Below are positions 19,301 to 28,092 of a DNA stretch of 64,000 nt, piece after piece. Position 1 is the stretch's first letter, and each line of letters begins with the position of its first letter. The position numbers and the translations under genes are program-made. The notes beneath the pieces are model-generated. The model was not told the origin of the DNA and ran no database searches. It was given only the letters and a program-made list of their open reading frames with translations. Source of the DNA: a virus (taxonomy: Duplodnaviria; Caudoviricetes); the IMG/VR virus record IMGVR_UViG_3300033067_001119, positions 1-64,000 of that record; one strand, given 5' to 3'.

Positions 19301-19767
19301 TCCGTGACTGCGTTGCTGCCCACGGTGCCGCCGCCGTTTCCGCCGCCACCACCACCGCCCTTGTTGAAAACACCATTGCCGCCCTTCTTGCCAGCACCGG
19401 CCGGACCAGCGCAACCGCCGCCGCCGCCATTGCCGCCACCGGAAAAGGAACCTGCGCCACCGGCAAACGTAGTGTCGCCGACTTGGGTCGTGCCGCTGCT
19501 TCCGCCAGCCGCAAGCACGGTCGCGGTCGACGAGAACCACGTATCACCACCACTGGAGCTTCCACTGATGCCTGCCTTGCCGATATTGAATGCAACCGGC
19601 GTGCCCGACGTCAGAGATTGGGAATTTTTTACTGCATAGCCACCGCCGTTACCGCCGGACCCGGACCCACCATAAGCACCGCCGCCGAAGCATTCGACCT
19701 TGGCATTAACAGTGCTCGCCGGGTTGAAAGCCCCTGCGCCCTGACCGATGATATAGATCGTCGTCAT
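16330..19767 (-). CDS. Gly-rich virion protein with 14 Pro-rich repeats
   Basis: Two Gly-rich domains, then QPPHPRPERAGAIMRGDDG repeats and a DDEEVIALWL terminus. Confidence 0.75.
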   Translation of the reverse strand: MTTIYIIGQGAGAFNPASTVNAKVECFGGGAYGGSGSGGNGGGYAVKNSQSLTSGTPVAFNIGKAGISGSSSGGDTWFSSTATVLAAGGSSGTTQVGDTTFAGGAGSFSGGGNGGGGGCAGPAGAGKKGGNGVFNKGGGGGGGNGGGTVGSNAVTDTGGTGGNSVGGVAGGAGGTSGNNGTAGGVGSGGGGAGTGTTTNGGAGGDDWDNGGAGGGAFSNTSGVGGNGGNPGGGSGASAAGSAARGGYGLIKITYTGSDPDQIIIVGDSANTGTITLNANIPSNWSSSGAFGEAWGGGSSGGNGATNGSGGSGGSGGYSKVNALTITPGGALSVTVGNRKGNSTIGAQLRANGASADGGNGPSGTAGTGATTTSAIGDTKRAGADGRAGGGSTNNGGGGAAAATNAAAGVQGTASSVSTTGAAGGSASSGGAGGSGTNGGAGGAGTSDMRGGGGGAGGGTNSSSTSVAGGAGGWPGGGGGAGGKSTSGTLTGGVGAGGAIIITGTLAVSAYFQTEISVYASPARRKGGILAGGSDGVDTLRQFSPLGFPIQPTQPPHPRPERSAGIMLGDDGILDIYTPPLQYPQGWQNQDWQPPHPRPERAGSIMRGDDGTQSTFAAFYDFGFEVQPPPPPHPRPEKVGAIMLGDAGITGTFSYWIGVGGEVQSPQPPHPKPERAAAILRGDDGNQDKFNAWRNFGWEVQPPPPPHFKPEKFGALAPFLSLVEPTFKNFFDFGFEVQPTQPPHPRPEKSGAIAPKDDGIYAEFSVHVGVAWHVQPWQPPFFPKVRQRFAAIAPKDDGTQFRFMNYFPMGWEVQPPMIRHSFTGQRYSAIRSKSLFAVYSQFRDFGFYVQPPQPPHPRREKAGAILIGDDGNQAPQPIPPFIEGWPVQPWQPPHRSFRNPEAAFNIEALYQNFFDFGFENQSWQPPHPRPERAGAIMRGEDGIEDIFTFVAQVINWYQTPDVFPRMRFAKAGAIMPQVNIAEVYRRFAETGFLVQPPQPPHPRRERAGAVMRGDDGIYRPYIFVVSGNLWVPPQAWQPPHPLFSRGGGLLPWDTLIPPFIPFIPPDEDVGPAWRRLWNQYRLAQGHPQIDIDEARDKERILRVLEDIFGKDFLRDPPQPERIDATVMRMREIERDDEEVIALWLNL
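16640..18120 (-). repeat. 14 imperfect ~37-aa coding repeats
   Basis: Counted in the translation; GC(A/C)GCCTCCGCATCC-like units at DNA level. Confidence 0.85.
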
Positions 19768-19770
19768 CGC

Positions 19771-20481
19771 TCAATACTCGCAGGTCGCGGCGCCGATCAC
19801 GCCGAACAGGGACACGTCGATGGAGCGCAGCGACATCACCGCGACCTCGGCAAAGCCGATGCCATCGACATCGTTGGCGGTGATCGTGCTGGAGCCAGCA
19901 GTAATTCGGGAGGCTGAAGTCGCGATGCTGTTGGCCTCGAACGCGCCCGCGCTGAAGGCGTTGTTCTTGGTCGCGTTCACCCACGTTATGTTGGTGCCGA
20001 CGCCGCTAGTCTCGGTAAATCCAGAGCACGCAATCAGGCCACCGTTCTGCTCCACCCGGATCGAGCTGCTCACCGCCTGCGTGGCTGACTGCGTCGCCGT
20101 CGTGGCGGTCGCCAGAACAGGATCGCCAGCATCCGCGCCGATCACCCGGTAGACGGAGACGCCGACGATGTTGATGAAGGGATTGGACGCGAAGGTCACG
20201 ACCAGATCGGCGGTCGTCCCCGTCGGCAGCCGGGCGTAATAGATGCTGCACAGCGGATTGAAGGCCCCGGACAGGTTCGCAGCACAGGCCTTTGTTGCCG
20301 TCACACCGCCAATCGTCACCGACGTCGGCTCAGGCCCGGAGGCCATGAACAGCGACAGCGCAAGAACGACAAGCCGATCATCCTGCGGCGCGCCGATCAC
20401 GAGCCCCGGGATCGTCGAGACGACGGTCGGGCTCGTGATCAGGTCGGAGGCGTCGTCCGTGAGTGTGATGCTGGCAGGCAG
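19771..20481 (-). CDS. Virion beta-rich protein, probable CTG start
   Basis: Open frame extends 81 nt above the GTG at 20400 to a CTG 5 nt after AGGAGG. Confidence 0.6.
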   Translation of the reverse strand: MPASITLTDDASDLITSPTVVSTIPGLVIGAPQDDRLVVLALSLFMASGPEPTSVTIGGVTATKACAANLSGAFNPLCSIYYARLPTGTTADLVVTFASNPFINIVGVSVYRVIGADAGDPVLATATTATQSATQAVSSSIRVEQNGGLIACSGFTETSGVGTNITWVNATKNNAFSAGAFEANSIATSASRITAGSSTITANDVDGIGFAEVAVMSLRSIDVSLFGVIGAATCEY

Positions 20482-20503
20482 CTCTGCCTCCTGAGGGGCT
20501 CGG

Positions 20504-22159
20504 TTACTCCTTCAGGGCTTGTATCACGGCTTCGACCGGATCGCACCACACCCCCTGCTGCTTCTGGCGGAAGATGCGGATGGAGGGGTACCACGGCGAT
20601 TTCTCGTTCCAGATCGCTCCCGGCCGCTCGCACATGAAGTGCCATGTGCCGCCGTCACGCTGCATGATCAAATAGGTCGGCTTGCCCATGGCTCCGGCGA
20701 GATGAGCGATGGCGGTGTCGACCGTTACCACGACATCGAGGTTGGCCAGCAGCGCCGCCGTTTCATCCCATGTCGGCTTCTTGGGGAGGATGTCTGTGAC
20801 CCACTTGATGGTGTAGTGGCCGTCAATCTGCTCGCGCTCTGGCCCGATCTGCAGATTGACGAACGTAGGATTGTCCGGCAGCGTGAGCAGCGGGGCCAAA
20901 TCCTTAAGGTGCATCGACTTGGCCCTGCCGTAGCGGCCGATCCACGACCCCTCGCGGATGCCGCTCGACCAGCACAGCCCGATCTTGCGCGCCCCGTAGG
21001 GCAGCTTGGAGCCGTATAGAGCCACGCCATAAGGGTCTGGCTTGATGTAGGCCCCACGCCACGGCACGCTCTCAATCGTCGTCCCGAACAGGTCTGGGAG
21101 GCTCAGCGTGGGAATGTGGACATCGAAGGGCTTCAGGCCTGTAGCGGCGGGATAGTCCATCGCCCTCGGGCCCACCTCGACGCCCGGGAAGCTGCGCGCG
21201 AACAGGCTCACCAGCGAGTCCAAGGTCTCCAGCCGGATGGTGTGGCCGCAGGCCTGCAGCTCCGTCAGGTAGCGCACCGTCGCCAGCGCGTCACCATGGC
21301 CCATTTCCTGATGGACGTGCACCACCAGCGGCGGGCCGTTGAGGTGCTCCCGGGTCATCTTCGGCCGCTGGAAGCGGTTCATGATCAGCCGCATCGATTC
21401 GTCGGCCTCGTGATCGCCGCGCGCCTCGCTCATCGGCCAGCCCTCGGCATAGCGTCCGATGGCGTGCAGGGCGAGCGACATATTCCACCTGATCTGGGCC
21501 GCGGCGTGGTTGCCGGGAGATGCCAGCGCCTTCTCATAGAGCGCAATCGCCTCCTCGTGCCGCGATTCCCGGTAGGCGATCATGCCCATCACATGGAGGG
21601 CTTCACCGGCCAGATCGCCATCCACCAGCGGGGCTGCCATGTCGGCCGCAGTCACGTAGTCGCCCACGTTGATGGCGAGCGCAGCACGGTCGATGCGGGC
21701 ACGCGGATTGTCCGGGTCGACGGACACCTGCATGTCGTACGCCTCAGCCGCCGCCTCCTCCTCGCCCAGAGCCGCGCAGGACAGTCCCAGAGCGCGCCAC
21801 GCATCCGGGCACTGCGGGTCCATCCGCGTTGCGATCTCCGCTTCAATCTTGGCGTTCTTCAGCATGTTCATCGGCAGCAGCGCGTGAACGATGAAGCGCA
21901 GGCGATAGTCGACGCAGAGCGGGTCCGCATGGACAGCGCGCTGCCACCAGTCACAGGCTTCGCCATGGCGCTGGTTCTTCACCGAGCGTTGCGCCATGAA
22001 ATCGCAGGCCTCGCCCAGCGCCACCCGGTCAATCGCCGTCGTCGGCGGGTCGCTGGCCTTCATGATCATCCGGTAGAGGGTTTCAGCGGTGCTGAACTCG
22101 CCGCCCTCTACATGGAGGCGGGCATGCTCCACCATCTTCTGGACGTTCTGCTTGCTCAC
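20504..22159 (-). CDS. TPR-repeat + GT9-like (GT-B) glycosyltransferase
   Basis: TPRs, EMGHGDALATVRY, LDVVVTVDTAIAHLAGAMGKP. Confidence 0.9.
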   Translation of the reverse strand: MSKQNVQKMVEHARLHVEGGEFSTAETLYRMIMKASDPPTTAIDRVALGEACDFMAQRSVKNQRHGEACDWWQRAVHADPLCVDYRLRFIVHALLPMNMLKNAKIEAEIATRMDPQCPDAWRALGLSCAALGEEEAAAEAYDMQVSVDPDNPRARIDRAALAINVGDYVTAADMAAPLVDGDLAGEALHVMGMIAYRESRHEEAIALYEKALASPGNHAAAQIRWNMSLALHAIGRYAEGWPMSEARGDHEADESMRLIMNRFQRPKMTREHLNGPPLVVHVHQEMGHGDALATVRYLTELQACGHTIRLETLDSLVSLFARSFPGVEVGPRAMDYPAATGLKPFDVHIPTLSLPDLFGTTIESVPWRGAYIKPDPYGVALYGSKLPYGARKIGLCWSSGIREGSWIGRYGRAKSMHLKDLAPLLTLPDNPTFVNLQIGPEREQIDGHYTIKWVTDILPKKPTWDETAALLANLDVVVTVDTAIAHLAGAMGKPTYLIMQRDGGTWHFMCERPGAIWNEKSPWYPSIRIFRQKQQGVWCDPVEAVIQALKE

Positions 22160-22866
22160 ACCGGCATCCCCAAGAAGTTGTTTCCGCGGATCACCTCGAC
22201 GTTGTAGCCGAGGCTCTCGATGAAGTTGCCGAGCACAAAGCGGTTGGTGCGCGGGTGGTCGGCCTCCACCAGCAGGATCGGCTTGCAGCGCTCGATGGTG
22301 CGCCGTGCGCCGCGGATGACAGACAATTCCGCCCCCTCGACGTCGACCTTGATGAAGCTGATGTTGCCGGGCCGAAACATGAAGAACGCAGGCATCCGGT
22401 CGTCCAGCGGGCTGATCGGCACCTTCGTGACCATCGCCTTGGGCTGCTCGCTGTGGGCAATGCCGAGCGACACGCCGCCGAAATTGGCTGGCTGCTCCAG
22501 ATCAAGCACCGGGACATCGATTTCGCCGGTGTATTCGCCAAGCGCGCTCGTCGACAGGACGATCTTCCGGGCGGTCTCCACCTCCGCAGCTGAAACGGTC
22601 CTGTACAGGCAGGAGAAGACCGGTGGCTGCGGTTCGAAGGCGAAGACGCCCTTGCTGTGCCTCGCCAGCGGGAGCGTCCAGCAGCCGAAATTAGCGCCCA
22701 CGTCGACCGCGTAGCCGGGCTCGCGCTCATCCAGCATCTTGCAGATCAGTTCGATCTGATCATGCTCCGGAGACGTGGCCGTGAGCTTGAGCCAGCCATA
22801 CTGGCCCGTGTCGGTGTCGGGCACAAACATCGGCCCATACACCGTCTCCAGCCTCTGGATGGTCAT
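22156..22866 (-). CDS. FkbM family SAM-dependent methyltransferase
   Basis: VDVGANFG, AFEPQP, IKVDVEGAE. Confidence 0.9.
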   Translation of the reverse strand: MTIQRLETVYGPMFVPDTDTGQYGWLKLTATSPEHDQIELICKMLDEREPGYAVDVGANFGCWTLPLARHSKGVFAFEPQPPVFSCLYRTVSAAEVETARKIVLSTSALGEYTGEIDVPVLDLEQPANFGGVSLGIAHSEQPKAMVTKVPISPLDDRMPAFFMFRPGNISFIKVDVEGAELSVIRGARRTIERCKPILLVEADHPRTNRFVLGNFIESLGYNVEVIRGNNFLGMPV

Positions 22867-23378
22867 GCAGGCTCCGCAGGCGGCAGCCCGGCCATCTCAT
22901 TGGAAACTATCTCGGTCTTGGCGGGCTCGATCCAGAGCCTGCCGCCGCAGGACGGGCAGTGCGCCCACTCCCTGTTGACGGAGGCGGAGCAGTGCATGCA
23001 GTTCGAGGGGGCTGGTTTCTCTTTCGGGTGCGTGCGGCTCACCTCGTCACCGACGAAGCCGTCGTCATACAGGCGCACCTTGCCGGTGCCGCCACAGCGA
23101 TGGCCCCGGGAGCCATCGCCAGCACCCCCGCAATCCGGACAATCGATCATTATCCAGTGCTGGTGAGGTTCGCCCTCCTTGACCGTGTGCTCTACATGCT
23201 CGCCGAAGTCCTCGACGTGGCGATTGCACCCGAAGGCCCTGTCGGTCTCAATCCCCAGCAGGGCACACGCCCCCTTATTCTTTGGGGCGGTCCAGTTGAC
23301 GATGACTTCGTTGGTGCCTCTGTAAGCCGTCTCTCTGCGGACGGTCCAGTGCTGGCATTGATAGCAGTTTCCACTCAT
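22863..23378 (-). CDS. Cys-rich zinc-ribbon protein
   Basis: CYQC, CPDC, CMHC, CPSCG. Confidence 0.65.
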   Translation of the reverse strand: MSGNCYQCQHWTVRRETAYRGTNEVIVNWTAPKNKGACALLGIETDRAFGCNRHVEDFGEHVEHTVKEGEPHQHWIMIDCPDCGGAGDGSRGHRCGGTGKVRLYDDGFVGDEVSRTHPKEKPAPSNCMHCSASVNREWAHCPSCGGRLWIEPAKTEIVSNEMAGLPPAEPA

Positions 23379-23411
23379 GAGCGGCGCGCCTGTTCTGAGT
23401 TAGCCGGGCCC

Positions 23412-23696
23412 TTAATAGCAGCGCCAAGCGCCGATGTTAATCCTTTGTTGCAGCCGGTACGCATGTTCTTTCATCTCTGCCCGCTTCTCCGCTGGCACGC
23501 AGGGCTGACCGTAGCACTTCAGGCAGATCAACTTCATGCAGCCACGGCACAGCTCGACGTGGTTCATCATTTCCTTCATCGAGGGGAAGTCAGTGATGGT
23601 CTGGCAGTGGAAACATTTCGACGAATGCTCCTCCCGGACCAGCTTGCCGTCCTCGGTATAGAAGCCGACCGCGCCGGGCTTGACGATTGCGGGCAT
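23412..23696 (-). CDS. Small Cys-rich protein
   Basis: CFHC, CRGC, CLKC; start reassigned to MPAIVK. Confidence 0.6.
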   Translation of the reverse strand: MPAIVKPGAVGFYTEDGKLVREEHSSKCFHCQTITDFPSMKEMMNHVELCRGCMKLICLKCYGQPCVPAEKRAEMKEHAYRLQQRINIGAWRCY

Positions 23697-23769
23697 CTCG
23701 CTCTCACAAAAAAGACCGGACGCCTTGATAGCGCCCGGTCCAGCGGTTCGCAAGGCTCTCGGGTAGAGA

Positions 23770-24246
23770 TCAGCGTTCGATGAGGTTGATGTTGCCGACT
23801 GCCGACGAGGTGAAGTTCGACGACAGGGTACGCAGGCCGACACCGACGAGGTTGGTCGCCGGGATGATGATGTTGTCGCCGTCGTCGAGGGCGCGCCAGC
23901 GGTACGAACCGCGCTGGTTGATCGCCCAGTTCTTGAGGTTCAGACCGGCACCGGCCGTGGTGTAGGTCAGCTCGGTGGTGGCGGTGTTGGCGAAGATGGT
24001 GACCGCGGTACCGTCAGCTGGATCGAGTTTGTTGAGGACGACGGTGGTGGCGGTGAGGATGGCGGTCGAGGAGAATACGCTGAGGTCCCACTGGCACTGG
24101 CAGTCGGTCGACGCGAGCGCACCCGTCTGCCCCATTTCGATTTCGTAGACCTGAACTCGGCGGGAGCCCACCGACCAAAGTGCACCGGCAGTCTTGTACG
24201 TTCCGGCGACGGTGCCCTGAAGAACTGGGGCGGAATAGTTAGCCAT
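23770..24246 (-). CDS. Virion structural protein (putative)
   Basis: 158 aa, beta-rich, first gene after an internal promoter. Confidence 0.6.
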   Translation of the reverse strand: MANYSAPVLQGTVAGTYKTAGALWSVGSRRVQVYEIEMGQTGALASTDCQCQWDLSVFSSTAILTATTVVLNKLDPADGTAVTIFANTATTELTYTTAGAGLNLKNWAINQRGSYRWRALDDGDNIIIPATNLVGVGLRTLSSNFTSSAVGNINLIER

Positions 24247-24302
24247 GGACGCATGTCCCCCGGTTGATAAAACACTCTTCCAACCGGCGCGGTCCGGAAA
24301 CT

Positions 24303-24331
24303 GCTATACGACGACTTTAGCGAAATGGCAA
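24303..24331 (-). promoter_or_regulatory. Sigma70-like promoter
   Basis: TTGCCA-N17-TATAGC followed by a CCGGTTG/CAACCGG hairpin. Confidence 0.6.
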
Positions 24332-24335
24332 GACA

Positions 24336-27002
24336 TCACCCCACCCATGGTAGGGCTGCCGCCACTCCGCTCCTATTAGCAGGTTCGATCTCGATGATCT
24401 TGCCGTCCGGGCCGCGCCTGAACTCGACCGGAGCCGCGGCAAGACGCGCCAGCTCCGCCATGTCTTCAGGCGGCTTGTAGCCCGGGACGATCTCCAGCGA
24501 GACCGAGTTGTCCTTCGAATCGCGGATGACACGGCGCGGCGCAACACGCTGCTGGAGCAGCGCCTTCATGCCAGCCAGCATCTGCTCCATCATGTCGCTG
24601 CCGCCGCCCTCGTCGGCCTCCTCCTCGTAGACGCGACCGCCCGAGGCTCGCTTCTTCTTCGCGGCCTTTGGCTTCGGCGGGTGCTTGGCAACGTGGTCCT
24701 TGGTGTCAGCCTGCTGCTTGGCAACGCCAACTTTCGCACCCTCCAGCTCGGTGTTGGCGTGATCGACGCCGACCTGATGCTGGTGCTGCTGCTCGGCAAG
24801 GCTCGCCTCGCGGTGACCGAGCCCGACCTTCTCGTGCTCCAGCTGCAGATGGCCTCGGTCGATGAAGGCGTCGTGGACGCGCTTCTCGTGCTCGCTGGCC
24901 TTCTCGCGGGCATCCAGAGCATGCTCGCCGGTGGCGATCTGGAGTTCGGCCTCCGCCTTCATGCGCTCGTCCTCGTTGGCAGCGAGCGTGCGCGCCAGAT
25001 CGATCTCCTTGCCCTTGATGGTGGCCTCGGCCTTGGCCTGCTCGGCCGGTATCTTGAGCTTGGCCATCTCCATGTCGGCGTCGACCTTCTTGGCCTTGAC
25101 GTCGGCCTCTTTGGCCTTCGCCATCGCCTCGACCGTCTTCGGGTCCGGCGGCGCATTCGGGTCCGGCGGCTTGATCAGGCCCTCCGGGTCCTCGCGCATT
25201 GCCTGCAGGACGCGGCGCAGCGTCTCGTCCGGGTCCATCTTCGCGCCCAGAGGCGTCGAGATCAGCTCCGCCAGCGCCGTGGCGCGCATGATGCGGTGGA
25301 TGTGGCTCGGGACGTTGGGGTCGGATTTCGGCACCAGCGAGTATTTGTCGACCGCCTGCAGCAGCTTCTGCACGTTCCAGAAGCTCTTGGCGTCCTTGTT
25401 GCCGCGCCAGAACGCCTCCGGGGTCTCCTTGAACAGGTCGACCAGCATGGACAGCTCTTCGTCCATGGCGCGATGCTGGCCCTTGTGGGCCGCCGCCATG
25501 ACCTGCGTAGCCTGCTCGATGTGGGCGAGCATGGTGCCGACAGGCACGTTGCTCATGCCCTCGCCGACCGGGATGTCGGGCGCTCCGCCGACCGCCTTGG
25601 ACTGCTGAGTGATGCTTTCGACCAGCTTCATCAGGCCCGGCGTGACGTCCTTGCAGGGCAGCTCCTTGACCACGCTGGCGATGTCGCGACCGGCGGTCTC
25701 GATCTCGATGGCTGTACCCGGGGACAGACGGAAGTCGCTTGTCAGCTGGCGTCCTGCCAGCTTGTCGACGATGAAGGCCGGGAAGTTGGCGTACATGCCA
25801 GCATCGAGCATCAGCCGCCATGCCGCCGTCATCGCATCGGTGGAGTTGCCGAGGATCGAGGCGAGGCCGGTGCCGTAGAAGCCGGGGCCGGGGACGTACG
25901 GGTATTTCACGTACATCTTCTTGCGGTTGCAGTCCTCGTCTTCCGGCTTCCAGTCGCGGCGGATGGCGAGGATTTCGCGGCTGTCCTTGTCCATCGTCAC
26001 GAGATACGGCAGCGCGATGCCCTCGTTGCGGTAGGCGGTCGGCGCGAACTCCGGCAGGTCCAGCTCGCACTGGATTTCCCAGACCGTGTAGGGCTGGTCC
26101 TCGGGGCGATCCTTGCGCAGCGCCACGCCCTGCGTTGCCGCGATCTCCTCATCGACCTGCGTCGGTTCAGGTGTCGGCGGCGTCAGGGCAACCTTCCGGT
26201 AGATGCCCTTCATCTGGTACTTCTTCATCACCGACTGGCGCATCGAGATGACGTGCGTGATGCGCTCGCAGGAGGCGAGGTCCTTGGTCGCATCCGAGAC
26301 GATCAGGTGCTCTGGCGATACCGCCTCCGAGCACGGCCGCTTCTTGATCGGGTGGTTGTAGATTTTCTTGAAGCCGGAGCCGCCGAAGTAGCAGCCCCAC
26401 AGCAGCATGTGCGACGTCTCCGGCGCAAACTCGGTCGCCGTCGTCGTCAGGAAGTAGTTCATGTCCCGCTGGAAGGCTTCCGCCAGCTGGTCGTCATTGC
26501 GACCGGGGATCGGCTTGTAGTTGGCGATCTTGCAGGGGCCCTCGGCAGGCAGCAACTCAGCCTGCGCGTTCGCCCAGCCCTTCAGCAGGGCCTCCAGCAT
26601 CAGCGGGTTGGTGACGACCGACTGGCCATCCACGGCCGAGGAGCCATCGCCTACGTCCGGCTGCTGCGACTTGAGGCCCAAGAGCGACAGACGGTCGGCG
26701 CGGTCGGCAAGCCACTCGGAGCGGGACTGGTCGTCGGCCTGCACGGCCTCCATCAGGTCGTTGGCGATGACCAGCAGCTTCCCCTCGTCGATCTTGTCAG
26801 CGAGGTTGGCGTAGAATTTGGTCGGATCGTCGGCATCCTTGTCGGTGCCGGATCGCGGCGGGTTGAGCCGGACGACTACGCCACCGTCGTCTTGGTCGAT
26901 GGCGAGATGCCCGCCGGGAAGCTCCCTGACCGCATCATCCTCGTCATCGATGATGATGCGGATGCCGTCCTGCTCGAACACCTGCGGTGCAGAAATGGCC
27001 AT
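24336..27002 (-). CDS. Portal protein (P22-like) with C-terminal extension
   Basis: DDQSRSEW, GSGFKKIY, YVPGPGFYGTG motifs and C-terminal coiled coil. Confidence 0.9.
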   Translation of the reverse strand: MAISAPQVFEQDGIRIIIDDEDDAVRELPGGHLAIDQDDGGVVVRLNPPRSGTDKDADDPTKFYANLADKIDEGKLLVIANDLMEAVQADDQSRSEWLADRADRLSLLGLKSQQPDVGDGSSAVDGQSVVTNPLMLEALLKGWANAQAELLPAEGPCKIANYKPIPGRNDDQLAEAFQRDMNYFLTTTATEFAPETSHMLLWGCYFGGSGFKKIYNHPIKKRPCSEAVSPEHLIVSDATKDLASCERITHVISMRQSVMKKYQMKGIYRKVALTPPTPEPTQVDEEIAATQGVALRKDRPEDQPYTVWEIQCELDLPEFAPTAYRNEGIALPYLVTMDKDSREILAIRRDWKPEDEDCNRKKMYVKYPYVPGPGFYGTGLASILGNSTDAMTAAWRLMLDAGMYANFPAFIVDKLAGRQLTSDFRLSPGTAIEIETAGRDIASVVKELPCKDVTPGLMKLVESITQQSKAVGGAPDIPVGEGMSNVPVGTMLAHIEQATQVMAAAHKGQHRAMDEELSMLVDLFKETPEAFWRGNKDAKSFWNVQKLLQAVDKYSLVPKSDPNVPSHIHRIMRATALAELISTPLGAKMDPDETLRRVLQAMREDPEGLIKPPDPNAPPDPKTVEAMAKAKEADVKAKKVDADMEMAKLKIPAEQAKAEATIKGKEIDLARTLAANEDERMKAEAELQIATGEHALDAREKASEHEKRVHDAFIDRGHLQLEHEKVGLGHREASLAEQQHQHQVGVDHANTELEGAKVGVAKQQADTKDHVAKHPPKPKAAKKKRASGGRVYEEEADEGGGSDMMEQMLAGMKALLQQRVAPRRVIRDSKDNSVSLEIVPGYKPPEDMAELARLAAAPVEFRRGPDGKIIEIEPANRSGVAAALPWVG

Positions 27003-27049
27003 GATGCCCTCGGGTTTGCCCGAGAAGTCATACCACAGTCAGCAAAAAG

Positions 27050-27280
27050 TCAAAACGGGCGTCGTTTCTTGGCGATCTCGCGCGGCTTTCCCGTATCCAT
27101 CGCATACAGGCCCAGCTCCCGCAGGATTTGCCGCAGGATGTCGATCACCATCGAGGCGACAACGCCCCAACACACCGCGGTGGGGATATTCACCTCGCCC
27201 CACTCGCACAGCTTGATCGCAATGACGATGGGACCAATCATAGCCAGAAAAGTGAGGACGAAGGCGAGGAGGGATTTCAT
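27050..27280 (-). CDS. Small two-TM membrane protein
   Basis: MKSLLAFVLTFLAMIG..., overlaps the upstream stop. Confidence 0.55.
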   Translation of the reverse strand: MKSLLAFVLTFLAMIGPIVIAIKLCEWGEVNIPTAVCWGVVASMVIDILRQILRELGLYAMDTGKPREIAKKRRPF

Positions 27281-27546
27281 CGATGGATCACCGACCTGCC
27301 GCCTCCGGGCGAGGTGCGCTCCAGCAGCGTCCGCTGGGCCACGCCGCAGCCGAGGTACATGCGGGAGGCGTCGGACCCGGCAAATGCCACCCCGAAGTCG
27401 ACAGGGCCCACCGCAACCAGCACCAGCGCCATGACGTCGCCGTTCTTGGCGCTCTCCAGCGCCCCCTCCAGCAGCTCGATGCACTGCTTCTGAGCCGGGC
27501 TCATGACGGCCTCGCCGTTGGGCTTTAGCAGGGTCGGCTTAGCCAT
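27277..27546 (-). CDS. Hypothetical protein
   Basis: 89 aa, coupled ORF. Confidence 0.6.
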   Translation of the reverse strand: MAKPTLLKPNGEAVMSPAQKQCIELLEGALESAKNGDVMALVLVAVGPVDFGVAFAGSDASRMYLGCGVAQRTLLERTSPGGGRSVIHR

Positions 27547-27949
27547 TCTCTTCCTCCATCATCCGCGTCAGCTGACGCTTGGTTGCATTCGGGAGCTTGT
27601 AGCCGCGCCCCCAGAGCGTTTCAATGTCCATCCCGCGTGGCTTCAGGAGCTTGCGCAGGCGGCATACCACCACAGCGACAACCTCCGGAGCTGGCGGGTT
27701 GTTGGCGTTGTCGGAATACAGCGCCAGCATCATCGATTCCTTGGTCGCCTCCGGGACGCGAATCAGGTGCGACAGCACCTTGGCCTCCAGCGGTCGCAGC
27801 CCGAGGCTCTTCGGCACCGTCGCGGGCACGCCAATGACCCTCTCCAGCTGCCGGAGGCGCTCCCGCAGCATGTCGACCTCGTCGCGCAACTGGCGCTCTG
27901 TGGCTTCCATCATTTGCACGGCCATACCGGGAGATCGCCGAAGAACCAC
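27539..27949 (-). CDS. Coiled-coil + OmpR/CtrA-type winged-helix DNA-binding protein
   Basis: VVVCRLRKLL...IETLWGRGYKL; no receiver domain. Confidence 0.8.
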   Translation of the reverse strand: MVLRRSPGMAVQMMEATERQLRDEVDMLRERLRQLERVIGVPATVPKSLGLRPLEAKVLSHLIRVPEATKESMMLALYSDNANNPPAPEVVAVVVCRLRKLLKPRGMDIETLWGRGYKLPNATKRQLTRMMEEENG

Positions 27950-28092
27950 GCCACCAGAGCCAGCAGCGCCGCCATCAGGATGAAGCCGTCATACAGGCGC
28001 TCGAACGGATGATCCTCCGGCTGGTGCTCCATCACGCGTCCCAGCGTGAGGCCTATGATAGCGCCAGTGGCGAGCGGCATTATGAACTGCAC
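27910..28092 (-). CDS. Small membrane protein
   Basis: Two hydrophobic segments. Confidence 0.45.
   Translation of the reverse strand: MQFIMPLATGAIIGLTLGRVMEHQPEDHPFERLYDGFILMAALLALVAWFFGDLPVWPCK

Noticed and set aside
24681-27434. 917-aa plus-strand ORF
   Set aside because: Antisense shadow of the GC-rich portal gene; no motifs or RBS. The same applies to 61127-63025, 9792-10742 and 16513-17625.
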